NCBI RefSeq assembly: GCF_006345805.1
Contig: NC_043026.1
Coordinates: forward strand, 9,920,001-9,984,000
Length of the DNA: 64,000 bases
From: Octopus sinensis
Taxonomy: Eukaryota
Direction of reading: 5' to 3'
In this document: piece by piece, positions 1-15,919 of the stretch
How positions within the stretch are numbered: position 1 is the first letter of the stretch
Layout of the letters: each line of letters begins with the position of its first letter
Program-made: the position numbers and the translations under genes
The notes under the pieces: generated by a model
Database searches by the model: none
Told to the model about the DNA's origin: nothing
What the model saw: the letters and a program-made list of their open reading frames with translations, nothing else

Positions 1-2
1 CT

Positions 3-938
<936 letters not shown>

Positions 939-2255
939 AAAGGGTAGATTCTCTTTTCTTATTTGCTTTATATGTTTACTATTCCTGTGTGTCATGCAAT
1001 GGAAATTATGACTGAAGTACTTCCAAAAATTTTAGATTTTTAAAATTTTGTTTTTGCTCTTTGAACTGTTGCTTCCTTGACCATTCATTCATTCCCTTTC
1101 CGTGGTGTAAGGACCTCCATACCAAAACTCGTTGTCTTCCTGGCAACCCTACACATTGTTCTTTATTATATACTGCATTCCCAAATTTCTGTGAATTTAT
1201 TGCTTATAATCTTTTAAAAGCTTCATCCATTAAATCCACAGACGTATCATTTCTCTCTTGTCCTGTCTTCTCGGAGATGTTTATACAATGGACAACATAG
1301 CTAATCCCTGTCTTTATGTATCAACGACTTGAAATAGTTCTTTTGCTGATAATCTAAATAAAAGCCAGTTCACCTTTGATGTATTTCTTGTCTTTTATTC
1401 AATGGATGTTTGTCAAACAGAGAGCATCCTGGCAGTATCCTTCTTCACCTAGGTTTAACCACAGTCTCCAGCAGCTTCATGGAGCCTCATGCAAGGTTGG
1501 GGTGGGAATGACATCACTCACTGAAGATTCACCCAGAGATGAGTCTTCTGTAGTCCTTCCTGCTGGTCATGACTTTGTAGTCTCTGTTGCTGTTGTCTAT
1601 GTCACGTGTTGGATCTTTTACAGTGTTCAGAAAACATTGAGCAACAGTCATAAACACATCTGAGACTGTCACCTTCTATCATTCCAGGAAGCCAGTAGCC
1701 TTCCTGACGACAACCAGGATGGCTTTTCCTGTGCATGAATTTCGATTCATCAACTTCTGCATCTTGTCCTCCAAGTTGCACAGGAGTGTACTAATATTTC
1801 GAAGTAATTATACCAATTAATAATTGCTTCTGTCTAATTCCAATTTGTCTCATTACAACACACTTTTGCAGTCCATTTCGGTCCAGTAACAAATCGACTT
1901 TGTAAGGCGAGTCAATGGTAGACGGACACCTGGGAAAAATGGAATCCTCTCGAATGGTCAGATGTCAGTTGTAAATTGAATCCTCCGCATTCGTCCTTCA
2001 GCTATTGTATGCCGTTGTGAAAGGAATATCAACGCCTTCCAACACTCAGAAGGATTGTAGACGTCAGGTAATGGATTGTTGAACTCATGTCTTTCGTTGT
2101 GACTTCAATGTTATGCAGAATGCGAACCCCTTTGAGTCAAGTCGTTAACGTCAATGACCGTTTCAACAACCCGGTATCGTCCCACCTTTCTGGAACCTAA
2201 TGCTAGCCTTTGATATCAGTGTGAAGTTTCTTAATACTAGCGATAACAGAATCTC

Positions 2256-2650
2256 AAACAAGGACAGACAAACGGATTAAGTCGATTACATCGACCACAG
2301 TGCGTAACTGGTACTTATTTAATCGACCCCGAAATGAGGAAAGGCAAAGTCGATCTCGGCGGAATTTGAAATGAGAACGTAACCGCAGACGAAATACCTA
2401 TTTCTTTACTACCCACAAGGGGACAAACAAGGACAGACAAACGGATTAAGCCGATTATATCGCCCCAGTGCGTAACTGGTACTTAATTTATCGACCCCGA
2501 AAGGATGAAAGGCAAAGTCGACCTCGGCGGAATTTGAACTCAGGACGTAGCGGCAGACGAAATACCGCAAAGCATTTCGCCCGGCGCGCTAACGTTTCTG
2601 CTGCCAACTCGCCGCCTTGGCGCTCTAACGTTTCTGCCAGCTTGCAGCCC
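2256..2650 (-). mobile_element. tRNA-derived SINE family B, head plus 2 bodies
   Basis: Reverse complement of the element at 37093; two B-box-like GAATTTGAA(C/A)T sites at ~2362 and ~2530. Confidence 0.85.
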
Positions 2651-2759
2651 TTACTCAGGTATAAATATTCACACATAAACACATATAAATATGATCAGAT
2701 GCAATAAATTAAAATATATTAGGGATTCAAGAAGAGTTGTCTGTCCTACAAATTACAGG

Positions 2760-2948
2760 CAGGAGACACGCATGCGCATGAAACGTATTTCCTATCTCGT
2801 GTCCGTTGTGAATGCTTTGTGCGTGAATTTCTTTTTGTCAGCTTTTAATACGTTTTATAATAATTATAAAACGTATTTGTAATTTATTTCTCAACTCTCA
2901 GATACACACATATAACAACGCTATCCTTTATGAAGCATTTCCGTAAGT
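2760..2948 (+). promoter_or_regulatory. ZNF2 promoter and non-coding exon 1 module (NRF1-like motif 2767-2778; splice donor GT at 2943)
   Basis: CACGCATGCGCA followed ~165 nt later by CATTTCC|GTAAGTATTAA; the same module precedes each + strand paralogue. Confidence 0.7.
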
Positions 2949-3121
2949 ATTAAACAATGAACATATTCAAAGGTTTTAATCCTGTCGACGTTCGGTTTTT
3001 CACACCTCTATTCTTAGAATCTCTTCTATGTTTTATGAACGAGAGATGTCCTTCATTTGTGCTGGACTCGCCTGCTATTTCTAGCTATGGAAGGCAGATG
3101 CTCTTGATTTGTGCGGAACAC

Positions 3122-3940
3122 GGTTAATATAGGGCGTAACAAATATCAGAAAATCAAAAAAAAAATGTGTGTAATAGGTGTAAAACAACTTCCTATGAAC
3201 GAATATGAAAAAAAAAATTCGCGCACGCGAAAGGGGGGTGGGGGAGAGGCCTCGGAAAATTCACATCGGGAAGTTCCGAAAGCGTCTGAGGGGCTGACCC
3301 GGGCACCAAAACAAAAAAAAATAGTGTAATATGTGTAAAACAACTTGCTCTAAACGAATATGACAAGAAAAATTCGCATTCGCGAAGGAGGGGTGGGGGT
3401 GAGGCTTTGGAATATTTATATCGGGAACTTTCGAAAGCGTTTGAACCAGGCACACAAACAAAAACAAAAACAGCGTAATAAGTGTAAAACAACTTGCTCT
3501 AATCGACTATGATGAAAAAAATGCGCGCTCGCGAAAGGGGGGTGGGGGAGAGGCTTCGGAAATTTCCCGTCTTCAGTCCACGGCCTTTAAACTAAGAAAA
3601 AATAGTGTAATTGGTGTAAAACTACTTGTTCTAAACGAGTATCAAGAACACACACTCACACATGAATCATAAACTCCGTATTTCGCAAAAAAAAAAATAA
3701 AGAGAAGAAATTCTGGAAAAAGTGAAGAAATGTTGGATCTCATTCCTTGGTTAAAGCTATTTTAAACATTAAATTTATGCTTTTCTTTGAAATAGTTCAG
3801 ATATATGCAATTCTTCTCACTTATTAAGATGCATTTATCAGAAAAAAAGAGACAGAAAAAATTATTATTTTGTGTCAATCCTTCCCTAATTATCCTTTAT
3901 TAATTAGTTTTGGCGTGTATTTTTGGTTAATATAGGGCGT
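3122..3940. mobile_element. Non-autonomous DNA element with ~175-bp internal subrepeats, related to the end of the Merlin element at 42.0-42.45 kb
   Basis: Interrupts sequence conserved in other ZNF introns; 3130-3700 is the reverse complement of ~41990-42420; GGTTAATATAGGGCGT occurs at 3122 and 3925. Confidence 0.6.
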
Positions 3941-5187
3941 TACATATGAGTTGGATGTTACCCGATTCGAGGGGGATTTTTCTAAATTATCTTCACAGTT
4001 CATTTGAAAATGATGGGAGGTGGGGAAGCCTTTTATGAAAAGTCACGAATATCTGATTCCGCCCGCTTTTACAACACCGAACACTATTAGAATCCTGGCG
4101 CACAGTCACCCCACCTCCAAACAGACGTTTCTATTTTATTTATTTCTTTTCAACGGATTCCCATGTTTTCGATGACGGAAATTCCGAATATGCAAAAGAA
4201 GGAAAGACTTCCTTTTGTACCCCGAATACCACTTTGTTTTTTGCTTTTTTTTTTTCTCATTTTATATTTTTTACAGACACCCCAGTTTTCGGGTGCGGAG
4301 ATAACGAATCTGAAAAAGAATTGGCATTTCAAACGTTTAAACAACAATGTCAAATTATATTTCTGGACAAAGGCTAATGTTAGTGTCCCCTATTCTGTGG
4401 TTTTATTTTCAAACTGTTACACAATGTGGAGGGGTCAGTGTAGTTTACAAATATGTCAGCTTCACACAAGATTCTGTGGAGTAAATTTTGATGTCCATTG
4501 TCTATGTTGGCATGGTTGGATGGTTTGAGCAGGGCTGGGAAGCTGCAACAGACTCCAGTTTGATTCCTCATCGTTTCTACAGTTGGATGCCCTTCCCAGT
4601 GCCAACCCCTTCGCAGTGCACAGGGTGCTTTATATGGTACTGCACAGGCACTTTTAAATGGCACTGCCTGTCCGCTTTTATGAGGAACAATCACAATTGC
4701 TTTTCGTCACCAGAGGGATGAGTGTACTTCTGCTGTGGAGTACGGGTCTTCTTGAGTACAGCAAGGTGCCAGACATCTCGATCTTTGTCATATCACCTGA
4801 AACTTTCAGCATCTTAAGTTCGTTTATCAGCCCTTCCACCCATGTCTCCTTGGGTGTCCCACTTCCACGTGTTCCCTCTACCTTGAGGGATCAGCACTTC
4901 CTTAGGGAGCTGTTGGCATCGAGCTTAATTGATCTCATTAGAAATGAATTTGTATTTTTTAAGTAACCACAATATCTTACACTGTTGTTTCTCTATAATT
5001 TCAGAACATCAGACAACATTGACATAACAGAAGAAACATCCTCAACATCTACCACGTTTCAAAGACTAAAAGAAAATATTGTACAAAACAGATGTATCAG
5101 ATTGTGTTTTACAAATCTGTGGAAGAATTCTTGTGAAACAATTCCTCAGAAGAAAAATATATAAACTGATATTTGAGAGGAAAAATA

Positions 5188-6777
5188 ATGGAAAAGGGTG
5201 AGAAAAGTGTAGAATTGATTTCCCCAGAACCCATGACAAAAGAGATGAGTTCATACGATTGTGATATCTGTAGAAAGTCCTTCCTTCAAAAATGTGACCT
5301 AACTATGCACAAACGTACTCATACAGGAGAGAAACCCTATCCTTGTGACATTTGTGGTAAATCATTCTCTCGAAGTAGTCACGTTACTGTGCACAAACGT
5401 ATTCATACAGGAGAAAAGCCATATAGCTGTGACATCTGTGGTAAATCATTCTCTCAAAGTCATCACTTCACTGTACACAAACGTATTCATTCAGGAGAGA
5501 AACCGTATCATTGTGACATTTGTGGTAAATCATTCTCTCGAAGTATTAATGTTACTGTACACAAGCGTATTCATACAGGAGAGAAACCATATAATTGTAA
5601 TATCTGTGGTAAATCATTTTCTCAAAGTATTCACTTATCTAAACATAAACGTATTCATACAGGGGGAAAACCATATCATTGTGATATTTGTGGTAAATTG
5701 TTCTCACAAAGAAATCACTTAACTGAACACAAACGTATTCATGCAGGAGAGACACCATATAATTGTGATACCTGTGGTAAATCATTCTCTCGAAATATTA
5801 ATTTATCTGCACACACACTTATTCATACAGGAGAGAAACCATATAATTGTGATATCTGTGGTAAATCATTCTCTCAAAGTATTCACTTAACAAAACACAT
5901 GTATATTCATACAGGAGAGAAACTATATCATTGTGATATCTGTGGTAAATCATTCTCTCAACATATTATCTTAACTAGACACAAACGAATTCATACAGGA
6001 GACAAGCCTTATCGCTGTGATATCTGCGGTGAATCATTCTCTCGTAATAGTACACTAACTACACACAAACGTATCCATACAGGAGAGAAACCATATCATT
6101 GTGATATCTGTGGTAAATCATTCTCTCAAAGTATTCACTTAACAAAACACACACGTATCCATACAGGAGAGAAACCATATCATTGTGATATTTGTGGTAA
6201 ACCATGCTCTAATAATAGTGCCTTAACATCTCACAGACGTACCCATACAGGAGAGAAACCATATCATTGTGATATCTGTGGTGAATCATTCTCTCGTAAT
6301 ACTACCTTAACTACACATAAACTTATTCATACAGGAGAAAGACCATATCATTGTGATATCTGTGGTAAATCAGTCTCTCTAAGTCATCACTTCACTGTAC
6401 ACAAACGTATTCATTCAGGAGAGAAGCCATATCACTGTGAGGTCTGTGGTAAATCATTCTCTCAAAGCAGTAACTTAATGAAACACATACGTACTCATAC
6501 AGGAGAGAAACCATATCATTGTGATATCTGTGGTAAATCATTCTCTAGTAACAGTATCTTAACTACGCATAAACGTATTCATACAGGAGAGAAACCATAT
6601 CACTGTAATATCTGCGGTGAATCATTTTCTCGTTATAGTATCCTATCTACACACAGACGTATTCATACAGGAGAGAAACCATATCACTGTGATATTTGTG
6701 GTAAATCTTTCTCTCAAAATAATAGGTTAACAAAACACAAACATATATTTGGGAGAAATGAAAAGGGTAGTTTCTAG
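5188..6777 (+). CDS. ZNF2: C2H2 zinc-finger protein, 18 fingers (last lacks final His), single coding exon
   Basis: ORF 5173..6777; first ATG 5188 ([15 protein letters not shown]); conserved acceptor TTTCAG|AACATC ending at 5004. Confidence 0.93.
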   Translation: MEKGEKSVELISPEPMTKEMSSYDCDICRKSFLQKCDLTMHKRTHTGEKPYPCDICGKSFSRSSHVTVHKRIHTGEKPYSCDICGKSFSQSHHFTVHKRIHSGEKPYHCDICGKSFSRSINVTVHKRIHTGEKPYNCNICGKSFSQSIHLSKHKRIHTGGKPYHCDICGKLFSQRNHLTEHKRIHAGETPYNCDTCGKSFSRNINLSAHTLIHTGEKPYNCDICGKSFSQSIHLTKHMYIHTGEKLYHCDICGKSFSQHIILTRHKRIHTGDKPYRCDICGESFSRNSTLTTHKRIHTGEKPYHCDICGKSFSQSIHLTKHTRIHTGEKPYHCDICGKPCSNNSALTSHRRTHTGEKPYHCDICGESFSRNTTLTTHKLIHTGERPYHCDICGKSVSLSHHFTVHKRIHSGEKPYHCEVCGKSFSQSSNLMKHIRTHTGEKPYHCDICGKSFSSNSILTTHKRIHTGEKPYHCNICGESFSRYSILSTHRRIHTGEKPYHCDICGKSFSQNNRLTKHKHIFGRNEKGSF

Positions 6778-6994
6778 TTTCTTATTTGCTATATATATTT
6801 AATATTCCTGTGTGTTATGCAATGGAATTTATGATTAAAGTATTTCCAAAAATGTCAGATTTTTTCGTTTTGTTTTTGCAATTTTGCCCTGCTGCTTCTT
6901 TGACCATTCATGCATTTGCTTTCCATGGTGTATAGACTTCTATACCAAAACTCCTCCTTCTCCTGACAACCCTACACATTATTCTTTATTGGAT

Positions 6995-8350
6995 ACTAGC
7001 AGAGATACCTGGCGTTGCCCGGTTACATGCAATTGAAGACTTAAACATCTCTGTTATATTTTCTCTAATGAACTGGAATATCTATGTTTCGAACTTCATC
7101 AGAATTGCTGATGAGGGTTATTTCCCTCCTCTACACACCCTAAAAATATTGTAATCGTGCCACATGTATCCCATACTATTGAGTTTTATGCACATATTCC
7201 AAAATTCCAGTCTTAAAAGGATTTTCTTGCTTAAAAATGGAGGTCATGGAGCTCTAAAATGTGTGAGTTGGAGCCCCTATTGGGGCTGGGTGTCTTAATG
7301 TCAACCAGAGAATTTGAATTGTTGAGATCTTTTTAACTTGGGTCTTATATCTATTGTTTGGATTTCTAGGAAATATATGTTCACTGGGTTTGTAAAAGAG
7401 AGCAAAGCTACAGGAAACCTAGTGATCACAAGCAGTCAGCTACCCTACCCTAGTCGTTACCACTCCCAATGTAATATTCCTCACCATCCAGGTGACAGGC
7501 ACAGCTGTAAGATGCATTACGAATCTATAGCAATTGGAAGAGCGTGACCCAACTGAAATAAACATTAACAACTGCGTGACGTGAGGGCTAAGGAGAAATG
7601 AAAATGTCACCTCTGGAGTTTGCAAATGACAACTATACCAATAGGTAACTGGACAGAATAAGTTTACAATCTATAAATGTCTTTGAATAACCAATCACTC
7701 ATCTGGGAAGGCTTTGAAATCAATGTTACCATCTGGGGACAATGTGTGACCCAGTGATAATAAAAAGACTGAAAGAAGGTCTCCAACCAAATAACTTTAC
7801 TCAACACTTTGCAAAGTGAATCAGTGGAGGCAAAGATGTCTTTCATTTACTCGACAATTTATGCACCACATTGCAGAAATCACAATCTAAATGTATGTCA
7901 AAGCAAACTCTTACACTGTTGTACCAATGATTTACAAATAATGCTCATCTTTTATGCTTGGGTGACCCTACAGCTTCCAAGAGTACAACTGTATTTGTTT
8001 TTGCTTAGATAAAATGACTAAATTGTGGGTGTTAAGTCCCCCATGAAGGGGTCTTTCTAACTTGTAAGAAGATGAAATTTTATAAATATTACTTCATTTG
8101 TGTCTAATATCTATGGCTAAAATTTCATCAACAGCAAAAATATATGAATTGTCATGGGGGTTATGGTCCTTATGCATAGAATATAATTTCCAAATTTCGT
8201 AAAGATCCATTCAGTACTTTTGACCTAGTTTTGGATCATAAAAGAAATGACAAAAACTTGGGAGTTAAGGCCCCCATTAGGGTGTCTTAGAATCCTCGCG
8301 TGAAGTGTTATAAAACATTTGTACCGTAAAACTATTCATGGTATTTGAAG
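6995..8350. mobile_element. Possible Helitron/Helentron-type non-autonomous element inserted in ZNF2 3' flank
   Basis: Starts ACTAGCAGAGATACCTGGCGTTGCCCGG exactly where homology to the ZNF1 3' UTR stops; this start resembles DINE-1/HINE-type ends. Right end not defined. Confidence 0.4.
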
Positions 8351-8629
8351 CCCGTGTCGCGCAACAAAATGTCTTTTTTTTTTCGTTCTTTTAGGGGGAA
8401 GAATCCCTATTTGATAGTCTGTGAATTGCTGAAAGAAAAGGGAAATGTTGTAATGATACGAAACTAAATGTACTTAGTTTGACATTGCTAAATATGCTGT
8501 CGCGGATAAAAGGCAGCCAGCTCGGTAGCTGGGGGAACAACAGTCGAATAGACAATCAACCTCTCTGCATTATGGTAGTACCTGTATGGCACAATAGGCC
8601 CAAGACCCAAAGTTTTTTGCGGAGGGGGC

Positions 8630-9680
8630 CAGTCGATTAGATCGACGACAGTACGCGACTTGTATTTTATTTATCCCGCAAATATGAAAGGCAAAGTCGA
8701 CCTCGGCGGAATTTGAACTCGGAAAGTAAAGACAGACGAAAAACCTATTTCTTTATTACCCACAAGGGGATAAATATAGGGGGAACAAACAAGGACAGAC
8801 ATAGGTATTAAGTCAATTACATCGACCTCCAGTGCGTAACTGGTACTTAATTTATCGACTCCGAAAGGATGAATGGCAAAGCCGACCTCGGCGGAATTTG
8901 AACTCAGAACGTAACGACAGACGAAATACCTATTTCTTTATTACCCACAAGGGGCTAAAAACAGAGGGGACAAACAAGGACAGACATAGGTATTAAGTCG
9001 ATTACATCGACCTCCAGTGCGTAACTGGTACTTAATTTATCGACCCCGAAAGGATGAATGGCAAAGTCGACCTCGGCGGAATTTGAACTCAGAACGTAAG
9101 GACAGACGAAATACCTATTTCTTTACTACCCGCAAGGGGCTAAAAACAAGGACAGACATAGGTATTAAGTCGATTACATCGACCTCCAGTGCGTAACTGG
9201 TACTTAATTTATCGACTCCGAAAGGATGAATGGCAAAGCCGACCTCGGCGGAATTTGAACTCAGAACGTAAGGACAGACGAAATACCTATTTCTTTACTA
9301 CCCGCAAGGGGCTAAAAACAAGGACAGACATAGGTATTAAGTCGATTACATCGACCTCCAGTGCGTAACTGGTACTTAATTTATCGACTCCGAAAGGATG
9401 AATGGCAAAGCCGACCTCGGCGGAATTTGAACTCAGAACGTAACGACAGACGAAATACCTATTTCTTTATTACCCACAAGGGGCTAAAAACAGAGGGGAC
9501 AGACATAGGTATTAAGTCGATTACATCGACCTCCAGTGCGTAACTGGTACTTAATTTATCGACCCCGAAAGGATGAATGGCAAAGTCGACCTCGGCGGAA
9601 TTTGAACTCAGAACGTAACGACAGACGAAATACGGCCACGCATTTCGCCCGGCGTGCTAACGTTTCTGCCAGCTTGCAGC
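8630..9680 (-). repeat. SINE-B tandem array (head plus ~6 bodies, 173-184 bp period)
   Basis: GAATTTGAACTC at ~8710, 8895, 9078, 9251, 9424, 9599; a single head at ~9630-9680. Confidence 0.9.
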
Positions 9681-10083
9681 CCTTACTCAGATATAAATAT
9701 TCACACATAAATATAATGAGGTGTAATAAACTTAAATATAAAGGGATTTAAGGAGATTCTGTTGTGTCTGGGGAGAGTCATTTTCTTTTTGTGCCTTATA
9801 ATGTAACACACTCACCAGTAAAATTTCCACTTATTTCTTATTTTTATTTTCCTAAAATTTTCGTTGCGTCTTGCAACATTTTCAATAGTCTTGACTCTGT
9901 CTGAAATAGGTGGAAATTTTACCGGTGAGTGTGTTACATAATAAGGCACTAAAAGTGAATGACTCTCCCCAGACACAACAGAATATGCTTCAACACACGA
10001 ATTCATATAAAAAAAATCTTGTAAACCAAATCGAAAAACGAAATAAAATTTAAGCAGAGTTATCGTTCTTAAATATTACGTGC

Positions 10084-10251
10084 AGGAGACACGCATGCGC
10101 ATTGATCGTTCGACATCTTGTAGGAAATGTCCAGTGCGTGAATTTCTCTTAATTAGCCTACAATACCATCGTGATAATTAGAATGCATTTCTCAACTACC
10201 AGATACACACATATATAACTATACTATCTCTTACGAAGCATTTCCGTAAGT
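10084..10251 (+). promoter_or_regulatory. ZNF3 promoter and exon 1 module (motif 10090-10101; donor at 10246)
   Basis: CACGCATGCGCA ... CATTTCC|GTAAGTATTAA. Confidence 0.7.
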
Positions 10252-10720
10252 ATTAAGCAATGAAAATATTCAATGTTTTTAATTCTGCAGACGTTTCGGT
10301 CTTTGGCGTGTGGAACCTTTGTCTTTTCTGTTTTATGAATTGGTGGTGTCCCTGATTTGTGCGGGATCTGGCTGCTATTTCTAGCTATGGAAGGGGGATA
10401 TCTATAATTTGTGGGAGATTTGGTTGCTTTTTCTAGCTATGGAAGGGGGATATGTACAATTTGTGGTAGATTTGGCTGCTATTTCTAGCTATGGAAGGCT
10501 GATGTCCTTCATTTGTGCGGAATAGCTCATACACATAAGTTGGATATTACCCGATTCGATGGGGATTTTTTCAAATTATCTTCAACATTCATTTAAAAAT
10601 GATGGGGGTGGGGAAGCCTTTTATAAAAGTTACGAAAATCTCATTTCCACCCGCTTTTACGACATCGAACGGCATTACAATTCGGCGCAGATTCTCCCAC
10701 CACTTAAAAAGAAATTTCCG

Positions 10721-10756
<36 letters not shown>

Positions 10757-10777
10757 ATGGGAATCCTGTGTAAAAAC

Positions 10778-10934
10778 AGTGTGGTAAGTAGCTTGCTAAC
10801 CAACCACATGGTTCCGGGTTCAGTCCCACTGCGTGGCATCTTGGGCAAGTGTCTTCTGCTATAGCCCCGGGCCGATCAATGCCTTGTGAGTGGATTTGGT
10901 AGACGGAAACTGAAAGAAGCCTGTCGTATATATG

Positions 10935-10965
<31 letters not shown>

Positions 10966-11165
10966 CTGTGTTTGTCCCCCTAGCATTGCTTGACAACCGA
11001 TGCTGGTGTGTTTACGTCCCCGTCACCTAGCGGTTCGGCAAAAGAGACCGATAGAATAAGTACTGGGCTTACAAAGAATAAGTCCCGGGGTCGATTTGCT
11101 CGACTAAAAGGTGGTGCTCCAGCATGGCCGCAGTCAAATGACTGAAACAAGTAAAAGAGAGAGAG
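10778..11165 (+). mobile_element. tRNA-derived SINE family A (5'-clipped)
   Basis: GTGTGGTAAGTAGCTTG...GGTTCAGTCCC B-box, CTTGGGCAAGT core-like motif, (TA)n/(TG)n middle, AAAAGAG tail. Confidence 0.85.
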
Positions 11166-11651
11166 CAAAAGAGTATATATATATTTGAGTAGTAGAATGA
11201 ATTATCTTGTTATGGATAATTCGGTTAACCGATACCTGTGAGCAGTCATCTAAAATTTTTTTGTGCATCTTGATGTTGACATAAGTTCCTTGCTTTTCCT
11301 GATGAGAAAGCGGCATAATATACTCCTTATTCCTTCGCAATTAGGAATATGCAGCCTTCGAAACACATGTCGAAAATAAAGGAATTTTGTTAATTCGTCG
11401 TTCAACTCCATTCTTTCATATATTTATATATATGTATATATTTATATATATGTATATATATATATATATATATATAGTTAATCCAAACAAGAAAACACAG
11501 AAAGAAAGAGAAAAAAAAACACAGCAACGCAGGACGTGGAACAATTAAAGTATTATTGACGCTCAGGAGAGAAGGGAAGGAGGGTTTAATGTTTCGAGCG
11601 GAGCTCTTCGTCGGAAACAAGGAGAAGGAAAGATCCCAATATATATATATA

Positions 11652-12596
11652 TGCAGTGCATATTTTGCAGACGTCTCGCAGCTCTTTCTCCTGGAGGTCT
11701 GCCTCAAGAAGACGGAGGTACTTCAACAATTTACACCCCAAGAAGAATACCGCCCACCCCACATCACTATCTGCGGTACCAAACTGAAATCAATACAGCA
11801 GTTTACATACCTGGCCTGCATCATCTCATCCGATGCAAGGATTGACAAGGAAATTGACAATAGACTTTCTAAGGCAAATAGCTCCTTTGGCAGATTGTAG
11901 AAACGTGTTTGGCACAATAGTGACCTGAAGAACAAAACAAAGATCAGTGTCTACAGGGCCGTGGTTCTCACCACTCTTCTCTACGGCTCAGAGACCTGGA
12001 TCACTTACCACAGTCACATCCGTCTCCTCGAGCACTTCCACCAGCGATGTCTCCACACCATCCTCAACATTCACTGGAGTGACTTCGTCACAAACATTGA
12101 AGTCTTGGAGCAGGCCGAGATCCGCAGGATTGAAGCCACGCTACTGAAGTACCACCTCCGATGGGCAGGGCATGTCTCCAGAATGGAGAACCATCGCCTT
12201 CCAAAGATTGCCCTGTTTGGCGAACTCTCCACCAGTCACTGAGTGAGAGGAGCTCTGAGGAAGCGCTACAAAAACCGCCTCAAGAAGTCTCTAACAGCAT
12301 GTCAAATTAACCACCAATGCTGGTTAGATCTGGCTGCTGACCGTGATGTCTGGCGCCACCCAATCTTCAACGCAGTCAGCAAGTTTGAGGAACAAAGAAG
12401 AGACGCACTTAAAGACAAGAGACGCAGGAGGAAGGTGCGAGCCGCCTCTGACACCACACCGGGTGTTACCTTCGTCTGTGGACACTGCTCACGGACCTGC
12501 CTTTCCCATATAGGACTTGTCAGTCATTTCATTAGTGTGCATGCACGCGACGTGGACAGCCTTCCTGATCTTCGTTTGTGAAGCTGAGCCATGATA
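11652..12596 (+). mobile_element. RTE-clade LINE, 5'-truncated (RT C-terminus and 3' end)
   Basis: ORFs 11556..11900, 11961..12242 and 12243..12581 encode FTYLACIISSDARIDKEIDNRLSKA, LRWAGHVSRM and a C-terminal CxxCxR; flanked by (TA)n. Confidence 0.9.
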
Positions 12597-13461
12597 TATA
12601 TATATATATATTTATAATTTCTCATTTTTTTTTACACCGGATTCCCATGTTTTCGATGGCGAACATTCCGATTATGCAAAAAGCCAATTTTCAAAATTTT
12701 TAATCACCCTCTGCCCCTGAAATTTAAAATTTTTTCTAGAAATCTTTTTTCTTTCAGTCTTCGTGAGAAAAGATTAAGAATATGGGGGGGTAGAAAAAAG
12801 AAATTTTAGTTTCAAATTTTTTATGAAAAACTCCAAAATTGATCTGCACCCCACCCATCCCTCTGTCAAAAAGTGAAAATAAACAGCAGTTTTGTCCGTT
12901 TCCACATGCGTAGATTCATAGTAAAACAGCAAAAGGACCAAGGCACGTGAAGCTCTCACCATGAAACACAATATGCTAAAAATAACAGCTAAATGTCTTA
13001 GTCACTGGCTCAGCACCTATGTTTGTGTTCTTCATTCCAAAATGATACAAACTTTAATATATAAGTAACCACAATATCTTACACTGTTGTTTCTCTATAA
13101 TTTCAGAACATCAGATGACATTGACATAACAGAAGAAACATCCTCAATATCTACCACGTTTCAAAGACTAAAAGGAAATATTGTACAAAACAGATGTATC
13201 AGATTGTATTTTACAAATCTGTGGAAGAATTTCTGTGACACAGTTGCTCTGAAATAGTATTATAAGCAAAATTTCTGAACATCACTGACTGGAGTGTCAA
13301 GAAGAGGGACCTGTGTTCTGAATAAAGTTGGATAAATTGATTTAAGTGTTGCTAAACAAAGGTGACACTGGACAGAAATACAACAGTAGAAGTGTATATA
13401 AGGAATAAAGTGTAAAAAGAAACGGCACAAAAACATATAAATTGGGATTTGAGAGGAAAAA

Positions 13462-15036
<1,575 letters not shown>

Positions 15037-15259
15037 TGACGGTTTTACGAATTGCTTAAAGAAAACGGGTGTGTTGTAATGATACGAAACTAAATGTACT
15101 TAGTTTGACATTGCTAAATACGCCGTCGCGGATAAAAGGCGGCCAGCTCGGTAGCTGGGGGAACAACAGTCGAATAAACGACAAACCATACTGCATCACA
15201 TTATTGTTGAACCTGTTTGGCAAAATAGGCACAGGACCCAAATTATTTTTGCGGGGAGG

Positions 15260-15445
15260 GGCCAGTCGATTAGATTGACGCCAGTACGTAACTGGTACTT
15301 TATCTGGTTCGTTACTGGTAATTTATCGACCCCGCAAAAGGCAAAGTCGACCCTGGCGGAATTTGAACTCAGAACGTAAAGACAGACGAAATAGCGCTAA
15401 TAATTTCGCCTGGTGTGGTAACGTTTCTGCCAGCTCGCCGCCCTT
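15260..15445 (-). mobile_element. SINE-B single copy upstream of ZNF4 promoter
   Basis: GGCAAAGTCGACC...GAATTTGAACTC...GCCAGCTCGCCGCC. Confidence 0.8.
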
Positions 15446-15519
15446 ACTCAGATATAAATATAATCAGGTGCAATAAACTAAGATATAAAGGGTTTTAAGA
15501 AGGGTTATCTGTCTTAGGC

Positions 15520-15714
15520 TGGAGACACGCATGCGCATTGGCTTTCTTTCCGACATCACATTGAGATCGGTTTCGAATGTCTTTTGCAAGAATTTCTCTT
15601 CGTCAGATTCTCTAATACATTTATTATACTTATAATATTCATAATTTATTCCTCAACTGCCAGACACAGACATATATATAACAACACCGTCTTTTATGAA
15701 ACGTTTCCGTAAGT
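15520..15714 (+). promoter_or_regulatory. ZNF4 promoter and exon 1 module (motif 15526-15537; donor at 15709)
   Basis: CACGCATGCGCA ... CGTTTCC|GTAAGTATTAA; near-identical to 24415-24610. Confidence 0.7.
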
Positions 15715-15919
15715 ATTAAGCAAAGAAAATATTCAATGTTTTTTTGGTCTAATTTTTGTTTTTCTTTAATGAATGGGAGACGTTCTCTGTCCTTGATTTG
15801 TGCGGGATCTGCCTGCTATTTCTAGCTGTGGGAGGCAGGTGGCCTTGATATGTGGCCTTGAATAGCTCATACGCATAAGTTGAATGTTACCCGATATGAG
15901 AGAGATTTTTTTTATATTC

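Noticed and set aside
1400-2250. Possible LINE ORF1 relic downstream of ZNF1
   Set aside because: No motif could be identified by eye; left unannotated.
5005-5187. KRAB, SCAN or other effector domain upstream of the fingers
   Set aside because: The region between acceptor and ATG has stops or frame differences among paralogues and no recognisable domain.
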